Shown: piece after piece, positions 25,801 through 38,476 of the stretch
Numbering within the stretch: position 1 is the first letter of the stretch
Layout: the number at the start of each line of letters is the position of its first letter
Assembly (NCBI GenBank): GCA_964247055.1
Contig: OZ176050.1
Span: 11,098,001 to 11,162,000, forward strand
From: Paragordius varius
Taxonomy: Eukaryota; Animalia; Nematomorpha
Reading direction: 5' to 3'
Length of the DNA stretch: 64,000 nt
Translations under genes and position numbers: made by a program
The notes under the pieces: generated by a model
Told to the model about the DNA's origin: nothing
What the model saw: the letters and a program-made list of their open reading frames with translations, nothing else
Databases searched by the model: none

Positions 25801-28800
25801 AGGATATTTGACTAAAACAAGGGTGTCCAACTAAATGCCTTCGCAGGCGCATTTTTAACTCAAAAAGCACACGGTTCCTCATTCGAAATATATACGGGCA
25901 TTTACATAATTTTATAAGACTGCAAAATACAAACACAATATAACAATTTTTTTAATTCATTACCAATTTAATAGATTCATTCATAATAATTGCGTAAGAA
26001 ATATGAATATTACTAAGATTTTGTGGGCATATTTTTGCATATGGTTTTCCAAATTTTTTGCGGCCCGCACAAAGATACTCGGAAGGCCGCCTTAGGCCTC
26101 CGATGAACCAAATGTTAAATATTATAAAATTAGGGTCAAATTTATGTTTAAGATCCAATATTAAGTGTTAAATGACCTTTGTGATAAAAATGGTATATTT
26201 TTATAAATTTTATTTATTCCTCCGTAACTATAGATTTTTTAAGTTAGCCGCATATATTAATGCGAACCATCGATAAAATAAAAAACATTATCTTAACTCA
26301 AAATCCAAAAATATAACATTTAAAGAATAAGTCATTAATGATTGTCCACTGGAATATACTTGGAAAAATTGTCACTCAATATGTTTTTATATGAAACTAT
26401 ATCCTAATATTACGCTAATAATGGTTAAAAGTTGTTTTTATATTCTTGTTTTGATATTTATCATCAAAAATAAAACCGTTTTTATTGACTGGGAAAAAGT
26501 TTTTATTGATTGGGAAAATGTTTTTATTGACTGGGAAAATGTTTCGATTGACTGGGAAAACGTTTCGATTGACTGGAAAAATGTTTCAATTGACTGGGAA
26601 AACGTTTCGATTGACTGGGAAAACGTTTCGATTGATTGGGAAAACGTTTCGATTGACTGGGAAAACGTTTCGATTGATTGGGAAAATGTTTCGATTGACT
26701 GAGAAAACGTTTATTTAGACTGGGAAATGGTATATACCATTTCCCAGTCTAAATAAACGTTTTCTCAGTTTTCCCAGTCAATCGAAACATTTTCCCAGTC
26801 AATCGAAACATTTTCCCAGTCAATAAAAACATTTTCTTAATCAATAAAAACGTTTTCCCAGTCAATAAAAACGGTTTTATTTTTGATGAGAAATACCAAA
26901 ACAAGCATATAAAAACAACTTTTAACCATTATTATCGTAATATATGGAGATAATTTTTAAAATGACAATTTTTCCAAGTATATTCCAGTGCACAATCATT
27001 AATGACTTATTCTTCAAATGTTATATTTTTGGAATTTGAGTTAAGATAATATTTTTTATTTTACCGATGGTTTGCATTAATATTTGCGGAACGCTTCACA
27101 ATAGTTTTTAAATATGTCCGGTTTGTCAATTAAAATACTGTCGGAAAAAATATCTTAACAAATTTTTTTTTGATATAAATGTTTAAGGATTGACTAAAAC
27201 AAGGGTGTCCAACTAAATGCCTTCGCGGGCGCATTTTTAACTCAAAAAGCACACGGTTCCTCATTCGAAATATATACGGGCGTTCACATAATTTTATAAG
27301 ACTGTGATATACTAACACAATATAACAATTTTTTTTAATTCATTACCAATTTAATAGATTCATTCATAATAATTGCGTAGGAAATATGAATATTACTAAG
27401 ATTTTGTGGGCATATTTTTGCATATGGTGTTCCAAATTTTTTGAGGACGCACAAAGATACTCGGAAGGCCGCCCTAGGCCTATAAAATTAGCGTTAAATT
27501 TATGTTTAAGATCCAATATTAAGTGTTAAATGACCTTTGTGATAAAAATGGTATATTTTTATAAATTTTATTAATTCCTCCGTAACTGTAGATTTTTTAA
27601 GTTAGCCGCAAATATTAATGCGAACTATCGATAAAATAAAAAATATTATCTTAACTAAAATTCCAAAAATATAACATTTAAAGAATAAGTTATTAATGAT
27701 TGTGCACTGGAATATACTTGGAAATTGTCATTCAATAATTGTGTTTTTAATTAAAAATAATATCCTAATATTACGCTAATAATGGTTAAAAGTTGTTTTT
27801 ACATTCTTGTTTTGATATTTATCATCAAAAATAAAACCGTTTTTATTGACTGGGAAAATGTTTTTATTGACTGGTAAAATGTTTCGATTGACTGGGAAAA
27901 TGTTTTGATTGACTGGGAAACGTTTCGATTGACTGGGAAAATGTTTCGATTGACTGGGAAAACGTTTCGATTGATTGGGAAAATGTTTCGATTGACTGGG
28001 AAAACGTTTATTTAGACTGGGTGGTATACATATATATATATTTAATATTAGTTTAACTTCACACATTGTTCGTATCTTACATGCCTTGAGTCGAATGAGT
28101 GAATGGGAAGCCGACTCTGCCATTTATATTCAACCTTCAATCATTGCAAAAGCCGTGGCACAAATTGTTGAACACCTGAATAAAAATCGTAAAACTTCGG
28201 ACATATATCAATATCAAATGAATCCATCTTACAATTACAATAATAATAATGATGAAATAATGATAGATTTAAATGCGTGTTTAGCCTTACTTGAAGCGAA
28301 TGACGTTGCTGGAGAGGTATTTTTACAGTAACATTTGAAATTAACGGACAAATTGGAAAAATATAAAGATAATTTACTCTTTAAAAGATTGTTTTTCTTT
28401 TTTTAAACTTGATTTTTATAATTATAAATTAGAATTATAAATTGCTAAGTATGAAGTAGAAATGTATATTGATGTTACAATTAAATCTGTATTTTCGATT
28501 GCTCTAAACAAAAACAAAAAAATGGCTGTCTCTTGAAAAATGTCTTTAAATTTTAAGTTTTGTTTATATATATTAATATTTACTGTATCTAAAATTTGGT
28601 ATCTCCTTGAATAGATTGTTTGACCTGTTTGACTTTTTCTCAAATAGCTTTTGGTAACTATAAATAAAGGTTATTTTTTCTGCCGAAACTATATATTATT
28701 CATATTTTATAATCCAAAATCGTTTTTTTATAAAATAATAAAACTGCTGAATATGGTTGATAGGACAATAATAAAATATATAAGAAAAATTTGATTTTTA

Positions 28801-31800
28801 TCATCCACACAATTATCTATTTAAAATTTTATTTCATAATTGTTGTATTGATAAAATGTTTATTTTAGAACAAGCACGTTTAGCCTAAAAAACATCCTTT
28901 TCACTAATTTTTCTCATATTTTTCATTGAAAGTTTTTTTTATGCCCAACTTTATTTCGCAAAGCCTTTTTGCATTCTTGATGCCTTATTAATATTTTGTT
29001 TGATTATAAATTCTAATATTAAAGATTGGATCTAAAGCCTATTTTTGGCGACTGAGATTATTGGATCGCTTGGCAAAATACGTTTTGGAACAGATAAATG
29101 ATAACGCAATACAGAATAATATAAATAAACCCCCAAGCACCGTAGTTGACAATTATCTAAAAAACGATGCCCTATCTTCAAACAGAATACCATATCCCAT
29201 ACCTGGTAAAAAAATTAAGTAAAAATTGGGAATACAAGGAATAAAATGTTGTAAATGTTGAAGTATATTTTTTATTTAAAGGCATGACTTAAAACGTCGG
29301 TTGTGAAATATGGGTGCATGTACGTTAATCCCTAAATTTTATACTTCAAACGTTAATTAGGTTATATGTGAAAAACAGGAATTTAAAAATATTGTTGTGT
29401 TTATATAAAAATCACAGCTTTTTTTAGGTGTCTTTTTAAAAAACTTGTACTCTTTTACAAATTTTGTTTATTCCATATTTCCATTTTTATATGGGGTATT
29501 TTAATTTATCATTAAATTTTGTTATTTAAATACTTGTTATAGCAAATCAAATGGAAGCTTATGCCGCCAACAAAACTTATATTTTAGCCCTTGTGAGTTA
29601 TGCCCTCTCCCTGTCAAATCACGTTAAAAAAGATGAGGTTTTGCATTTATTACTGTCTCATGCTAGGAAAACAGGTATGTATACATAAAATTAATATACG
29701 TTTTTTAACCGATCTATATATAATAATAATTGGTTTAAAGTTTAGTTATTCATGTTTAGATATAATTAATTTATATATAAAAGGAAAAATAATTATTATT
29801 AAATGAACCAAAAGTTACCATTCAAATTGGTTAAGTAGTTCTAAAAGTGTAACAAAGTTTTTAAATTTTATAATTTCACTTTTACATTAATGTTGTTATC
29901 ATTATTATAGCAAAGATCGTTGTCGATTTATTGCTTTTTCGAAGGTATATTTTATCCAGTTTATTCGAGTGAGGGCGAGTGCTGTTAGCTGTTGTAAAGA
30001 AAGATTGGTTTCTTTGGTTAGGTTTTCGATCCAGCGCATCTTGCAGCGTCCACGTTTCCTGGATCCTTCGACCTTGCCTGTCATTAGTTGGAATTCCAAG
30101 TCATTAGCTCTGGTAATGTGACCAAAGTATAATAATTTCATTTTGAGGCACATGCCGATCAGGTGTATCTCGGGATATATTTTGTCAAGGATTACGGTGT
30201 TTTTTATTTTGTCTTTCCAGGTGATTTGCAGTATTTTCTGCCAGCACCACATTCAAAGGCGTTAATGTATCTTTCGTCATCCTTTTTTATAGTCCAACTT
30301 TTTGATGCGTAAGGCATACTAGGGAATATTAGGGATTTAACTAATCGGATTTTTGTTTTGAGTTTGATGTCATGTGACGACCATAGTTTATTGTATTTTA
30401 TCTTTTTGATTTAGCGATTCCTATTCTTCCTCTGATGTCGGGGGTGCTGTTGTTATTCGTGTTTATAAGACTGCCTATATAAGTGTATTGGGAGACTACT
30501 TCGATTTTTTGGTTGTCAAAGGATAAATTGTTGTAATGATTCTGAGCGGTTATATTCATAATTTTAGTTTTTTGTAGTTGATCGTCAGACCAATTTTTGA
30601 CATTCAGTTGAAAATTCTGTTAGAGTTTTTTTAGGTTGACACTGAATTTGACAGCAGTATAGTGTCGTCAGCATGGTGAAGTGATGATATGATATTGCCG
30701 ACGATGCTTATGCCATTAGCTTTGTCTATATTTCTTAATACGCTTTCTATGCAAACGTTAAAAAGAGTCGGTGAAAGGACGCATCCTTGTCGTAAACCAT
30801 TGTTCATTCGTATCCAATTACTTGTGCCGTGTGGGGTTTTTATGGTTAATGATGAATTGGAGTAAAGGGATTTGATGATGTTTAAAATGTGATCTGAAAC
30901 TCCAATCTGAGATAGTGCCTTTCACAGCGTGTCGTGCTTCACGCTGTCGAAGGCCTTTGAAAAATCAATGAAGCAGATATGGGTTTCTTTCTGAAATTCA
31001 ATTTGTTTTTCGAATATCCAACGTATATTGCTGATCATGTCCCTGCATCCGCGATTGGTTCTAAATCCCGCTTGGGTATTAGAAAGTTCGGCTTCAATTA
31101 TGCCTTGGATACGCCTGTTAATTATTTTGAGAAAAACTTTTGATCTTGGTTGATTAGCGCTATAGTTGTTAAATGATTTAGGATCGCCTTTTTTCAAAAT
31201 GGTAGGTCTAAAAACTACAAAGGCCCAATGAGAAAGGAAGATGGAGATATCATTACAGACAAAAAACACTGGTGGAACAATGGGAACAATATGTATTATA
31301 AAACTATATTGCACCAGCCTATCAAACGCCGATAAAAACAGTATATCTATCAATATGACCCGCAGATCATCAAAGAAGAAGTTGAATGGTCGCTCAACCA
31401 TTCCCCAAACAACAAATCTGAGGGGTACAACGATATTCCAACCGAACTCATTCGTTTTATCCCAATTCATATCCTAACTGACTTATTCCAAAAGATATTT
31501 GCTCACGCCTCATTCCCCCAAGATTGGTGCAATCAATACTCACCTTCATCTTGAAAAAAGGCGGTCCTAAATCATTTAACAACTATAGAACTATAGCGCT
31601 AATTAACCAAACCTCAAAAGTTTTCTCAAAATAATTCACAGGCGTATCCAGTAGGATTTAGAACCAATCGCGGATGCAGGGACATGATTAGCAATATACG
31701 CTGGATATTTGAAAAACAAATCGCACTTCAGAAAGAAACCCACATCTGCTTCATTGATTTTCAAAGGCCTTCGACAGCGTGAAGCACGACACGCTGTGGA

Positions 31801-34800
31801 AGGCACTTTTCAGATTGGAGTATCAGATCATATTATAAACATCATCAAATCCCTTTACTCCAATTCATGATTAATGTTAAGTTTTATACAATTTTTTTAC
31901 ATTAATATTAAACATGAGTTTTTCATTTTTTGGACTGGGAATATTTAAAAGTATTAACCTTCTCATCATGAATGCATTTATGTTAAATGCTTTTATAGCC
32001 AATTTTAACTCTATATACAGACATATATAATATATATTTTAGACAAATCTTTGTAGGTCAAAAAATACTGCGCATTAAAAATTGGATTTTTACAGTTTTT
32101 ATATTTATTTATCGCTTTTTAGATGATGGGCTTATGTATTGGTGTGTTGAAGATATCCCAGGTCTTCCTAAACGCTTTCAAAATAATCAACCTCATTACG
32201 GACCATTGCAGTACACAACATGGCAAGCTTTATGTGTTGAAACTACTTCTTACGCTCTAATGTCTATACTGCTAAATAGGTAGTAATTTTATTATATTTG
32301 GATGGATAATTTTAGGACTCCATATTCGGAGTTTTGTATCCACGAAGTAGTTTCCTCCATAAATTACGATCTTTACATTGTTCTGTGGAAAGGCTGCGTT
32401 GATTCAAGTCCATTTTTATATTATCATTATAAGAAAAGAGTCGTCCCTTTCTTCTATTGCCATCAACATTAATGTTATCAACAGTTTTTAAAGGATGGGT
32501 GGCGTCTCTTCTCTGAGTATGACCGTAGAGACGCAATCTGTTTGTTTGAATTATATAATCGATTTTATCGTTTTCTTTAATGAAAATTGGTATTTCTGGT
32601 GTACGAAAGCAGCTTTTGAGTATTCGATTCTCACTGGTTAGGAGTTTTGTTTGATTTGTTTTGTTTAATGCCCAGGTTTCAGAACTATAGGTAAGAGCAG
32701 ATCTTATTCCTGCCTTGTAAAGATACCATTTATTACGAATGTTAACATTTTTGTTTTGGAAAACATATTATAATTGATTATATTTTATCCAACCTTGATG
32801 TATTCTTCTTTTGATAGCCTTTTGTGGGCTTCCCTGAGATGATATGACATCTCCTAGGTATACGAAAGAGTCAACCAATTCGATGTCATGTCCATCAATG
32901 TTAAGTAGCTTTGGTCGATTAAAATTATTATTGTTTGGGTCTAAGCAATTTAAGCATTTAAAATTTATTACATTTGTTAACTTGTCTTTTATTTTAGAGC
33001 ACTTTTTGTGTACCCACAATTGACATGATATGCATTTAATGGAATTTGAACGTACTTCCTTACTGCAAATGGAACAGGGGTATCTGGGTGTTTCACTTTC
33101 ACCCGTTATCATTATTTTTGTTTTTGTGGCGTTTATGATCATTCCATATTGTTCAAGGCATTTCTTCCACTTGGAATATGTATTTACCAGTTGATCCCAT
33201 GATCGTGTCGTTATCACGAGGTCGTCGGCAAATAACATTTCCCAAGGGCATTCACTTCTTATGTCCTGCGTTGCCGCATCCATTATGGTTATAAAAAGGA
33301 GTGGACTTAGGACTGAACCCTGATGTAGTCCAGCGTTTGTTGGGAAATTGTTTGTATTGCCAATATTGGTTTCAACGTTGGTTGTTGTATTTTTATAGAG
33401 TAGTAATAAAATTTGTATAGTATGTTCTTCTATTCCCTTTTTACGTAGTGCCCATTGAATTGTGGAGCGTGGTATTTGGTCAAACGCACGTTCCAGATCT
33501 ACAAAGACATGGTATAGCTTTTGTTTCTTTTCCAGATATTTTTCTTGTAAGCGTCTTAGGATGAACAAGGGATCAATTGTGCTACTGTTTGGACGGAATG
33601 CAAACTGATTCGAATCTAAGTTTATAAGTTTTCTAAGCCTGTTTTCCAAAATATTTTCGAATATTTTAAGTGTGTGTTCCAGAAGTTTTAAAGGTCGGTA
33701 GGACGATGTTTTTAAACGATCGCCTTTATTTTTATAAATGGGGATTATTATGCTGTTCTTCCAATCGTTGGGAGTTTGGTTTGTAATTATTATTTGGTTA
33801 AAGAGTTTTGTCAGATACTCTGCAGTGTTTTTGATGGGTCGAATGAGGTCGACTGAAAGGCTGCTTGGGCCTGGAGCTTTGTTACTTTTTAATTTATTGA
33901 TTGCAGTTGTGACTTCATCTATGGTGATTTCTTGTATGGGACCAGCTACTGGTGAAACTATGCTAATTTGTTTGGTCGGGTTTACTTGGTTGAGTTGTTT
34001 TTCTAAGTTCGTTTTCCAAATTTCTTTGACTTTCGAGGGATTCGTTATTATATTATCATTATCATCTTTAATACATTTTATGGTTTTAACATCTTTATTA
34101 CTATTGTTAAGGTTTTTGAGTCTTTTAAAAATCGTTTGGTTTTTAAAGTCTTTTTCTAAACTTTCAGCGATTTTAACGGATTTTTCATTCATAGCGTGTC
34201 GAATGGCTTTTTGGACCTCTCGTTTTTTGTTATCATAAACTTTTTTATCATCATTATTTTTCGAGCTTTTCCACTTTTTATATGCTTCGCCTTTTTCACG
34301 CAACAATGGTTTTATTTCATTTTTCCACCACCAGCTTTTCCGTTGCCTCATTGGTTTGGTAAAGCCACAATGTATTTTAGCAGATGTTAGAATTGTGCTT
34401 TTAAAATATTTCCATAGAGTTTCAACATTGTTTTTTTCGGGAAGATGTAACTCTGTGTTTTTGGTATATTCGGTTAATAATTTTGAATCCTTTAACTTTG
34501 CTATATTTATTTTTTGGGGTTGGAAAGCGGTCTTACGGCTTTTCTCAATGATTAGAAATGCTGTTATTAGCTTGTGTTGATAGGAGGGTTGATAGTAAGT
34601 TTTGATGTTTGTTAAATGTTTCCTAATGTTTTTGGGAATTAATATGAAGTCTATCATAGATGAGTGATCACCAGAATTATAAGTTATGTGCTGGTTGCTT
34701 TTTTTTCTTAAAATGGGTATTTGCGACTATGAGTTGATTTGCAATGCAAAAGTCTAACAAACTCTCGCCCATCTTATCGAGGGTTCCGACGCCATTTCCA

Positions 34801-37800
34801 CCATGCACGCCATGGTATTCATTACTATCATTATTAATATGGCAATTAAAATCACCACCAACAAAGGTTTGTTCGCTAGAAGAAGTTTTGTTCATCAAAT
34901 CATAGAGGGCTTCCCAATATTCGTTTTTTGATGCTTCGCTTAGACCAGATTGTGGTGCGTAAGTTGAAACTATATTTATTATATTATCATTCATCAATAT
35001 TTTTATTTGAATCATTCTTGGATTATGTCTTATTACATCGATTATGTTATCACGATAGATGTTTTTAATAAAAATCGCAACACCACCTTGTCCCTTGTCA
35101 TTTCCTTTATAGAATAATGTATAATCGTCTAAGTTTTTCAATCCCTCTCCTTTCATTCTGGCCTCTTGGATGCAACATATATCTATATTGTTATGGCTAA
35201 GAGTGTTTGTTACCATTAATATTTTGTTAACTAGGGTACCCACATTCCATGTGGCAAATTTCAGAACTGTTTTATTATTATTACTAACGGTATTATTTAT
35301 TTTCATAGTTATTTATTTTGGTAATTATTATTATTCAAAGTATATATCAAAAATATATAGTATATAAAAGTGTAAATAGGAAATATTATCAAAATAATTA
35401 TTATTATAAGTTGTATTATTATTGTTATTTGAGATGTTGATAAGGTTTTAGTGTTCTTTCATATTCATATTCATATTATTATACTTCATGGTTTATTGAG
35501 GCAATTTTTTACGTAACACATGCCCTTGTGTACAACTAATGATTTTACAGATCATTAGAAAACTGGCCTTTGCCGTTAGCGCATTTTCATGCCCCAGCCA
35601 ACACCCCGGGGAGGTGGCAATAGGACTTTGTTGGCCTTTATTATATTTCTTTAAATTAATTTATTATTTCATTAAAAATGTTTTTATGGTTCTACCTATC
35701 ATAGTGACTCCTATTATGGGAAGAATCTCAACCTTAAACGATAAAATAATTTAAATAGGGCTTATTAACGTGATTAATTGGTTTATATCCCATGTTTTTT
35801 AAATAAGCTTATTTTTAGAAGTTTCATTATTAGGGGTCTGGACAGTATATGCCATTTTATATATATTATTACAAAATCTGTGTTACTTTATTTTAATAAT
35901 TCCATTAATAATAATGAATATTAGATCGCCAATGTTTGAATCTAACGTACTTTCTATCATTAAGTGGCTAAATCAGCAACGCAATCATATGACAGGATTC
36001 GAATCTACAAGGGTTTATTTTATATATTAATCACTGATACTTTTTAACTTTAATATAGCATCAAAAAATGCTTTTAATTTAGTATTTTAGATAGTATATT
36101 ATATTCATTTAGCGAATAATAAATATTTTAAAAGTTTTGGAAAAAATCATCATTATACTAGCAATCTTTTGTCTTTATTTCCTTTTCCACACATTCTAAT
36201 ATATTCTTACACTTTTTTTATAAATACCTAATTATATTTGTGTGTTGAATTTAGGATACCCTTATAGCTTTACAAGCCTTAACTAAATACTCCGAGGCAG
36301 AATTAAGTCGTCCAACGACCGAAATTAGTTTGGAGATTCAAACCACTTCAGACACCAAATTTAATCCAAACGTAAGTATAAATGCTGGCAACTTGGCTCA
36401 ACTACATGGGTACCGTTTAAAAAAGGTAATTAGCAAAATAGTTTAAAATATATTGTTTGTTTACATATTATTTTAGTCATAATTTTTCGGTGCTATATAC
36501 AGTCGTAAATATGAAAAGTTAAGGGGAAAAATTTTGTAAAACAAAATTTGTATTTTTAGAATAAAGAGCCACATAATAATATAACCATAATTTGATTTAT
36601 TAATGATGCCGATACGATTTGGGTTATTGGCGGTGCTGTATATGGATTTACAAATTTTACTTAACAAACTTATATTTTAAATTTTATTATCTTTGTTTAA
36701 TATACCATTTGCACTTCAAGAGTGTCCTTGAACACTTCAAGTTGGTCCTTGAACACTTCAAGTTTGTCCTTGAGCATTTCAAGTTGGTCCTTAAAATTTT
36801 TAAATTTTGATTTTAACCATAATTTTTGGATGTATTTTTTTGTTTTATTATTTTTTAACCTAATTTATCTATTATTTGTATATTTATTTAAAAATAAAAA
36901 AATTATTCAAAACTACTTTTTTGTTTCAAACTAATTTTTTTCCAATTTAACAAAATTATAACTTTAAAATGTTTTCATTTTAAAACTAAATAATAAACAA
37001 ACTTATATTATTTTTAATTACATGTTAAAATCTTATAAATATTTAATATAATTATAAAATATTAATAATATACGGCTCAATGATTAAATGTTGATATTTT
37101 AAAATTTATCGTAAATAATAAAAAATAGGTTAAAAACGATAAATTATATAAATGATATACGATTTGATTGATAAAAGTTAAAAACAAAACAAAAAAGTCA
37201 AAGGACCAATTTGAAGTGTGTTCAAGGATCAAATTGAAATGTTCAAGGACCAACTTAAAATGTTCAAGGACCAACTTGAAGTGTCCAAGGACCTGAAATG
37301 TTCAAGGGCACTTTTGAAGTGCAAAAGATATACCATTTCGTTGAAAAAAATAACTTGTACTTATGTTAAAAGTATTTTTACACAAACTCATAATATATTG
37401 TTATATTCTGATTGCAAAGGTGTGGGGTAGCATTAGAGTTACAGCTTCTGGTCGAGGTTTAGCATTGTTTCAACTTTCCGCCAGTAAAAGCGTAGATTGG
37501 CGCCAATATGTTAGGGTCCCGGCCGTCCCAGCTTTTGATTTAAAGCATTCCATCGCAACGAGTGGTTTCAATTCCAGTGTCATGCAATACCATATATGTA
37601 CAAGGTAATATTTACTAGTGATGAAAGATTATTGAGTTATCATTGTTTATATTACTCGTTCAAATTGCAACTAGTAGGGATAAAAATTTAAATTTGTGTG
37701 AAATCAAGTGTGATTTGTTTTCGTTTTTTCTTGCTTAAATTTTACTCATCCTAAGCCAAAAACACAAAAAATTTATACTTTCTAACGCGCTTTTAAATAT

Positions 37801-38438
37801 TTATTTCTAGTAGCAATTCAAATGACCAATATAACTAATAAAATGGCTGTTTACTGTATTCTATTTAAATATATATCAATTTGTGATTCAAAATTTTGTT
37901 TAAATCTGTGAAGTTATTTGTTACGAATATGGTTGTTGATTTTAACATTTATAAATTTTTGAGACGATTTTTTAGAAGAATTTGATTATAAAAGTATTTA
38001 TGATACTCAATTACTAACATTCATATTTTGAAATAAAATATTGATTAAAATTTTAAAATTATTTGTGTGATAATAGATGGGTACAAATTGATGTTAGTCC
38101 AATGAGTGATATGGCTATTGTAGAAATTGATATACCCACAGGTTTCACAGTGCAACAAAATGAACTGGATAGGTAAATTTTTTCAATATAAATTATATTA
38201 TCATGGTAATTTTATTTAAATGTCAATTTTATTATATTAATGTATGTAATCAATTTTTAATAGGTCTATTGAGAGGAAATATGGTAATACGTATCTGCGA
38301 AAGGGAGAATTTATACCAGAAAATTCTAAAGCCGTTTTTTACTTTGATCATGTATGTATTTACACTTAAATGAATTTTATTTATTTTTTAAACATATCAA
38401 AATTAATCATACTAAGCATTTTATCTATTGATTCTATT

Positions 38439-38476
<38 letters not shown>

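Larger units (their letters stand above)
32300..35636 (-). mobile_element. Full-length RTE-clade non-LTR retrotransposon, antisense in an Mcr intron
   Basis: Identical 12-bp TSD TTTATTATATTT at 32288-32299 and 35637-35648. Single APE-RT reading, short ATCC-ATCC 3' tail, 330-nt 5' UTR. Confidence 0.92.

Noticed and set aside
22401-28026. CRISPR-like array
   Set aside because: Units are directly adjacent with no unique spacers, form inverted TIRs, and lie in an animal intron with no cas genes.
24544-28123. ORFs of (VSIDWEN)n, (LTGKTFR)n and (FPSQSK)n as repeat proteins
   Set aside because: They are translations of the 21-bp TIR arrays; open frames arise because the unit is a multiple of 3 and stop-free.
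33738-35367. Plus-strand ORFs 33738-34238, 34196-34390, 34356-34580, 35170-35367
   Set aside because: Antisense shadows of the RTE ORF with no independent motifs.
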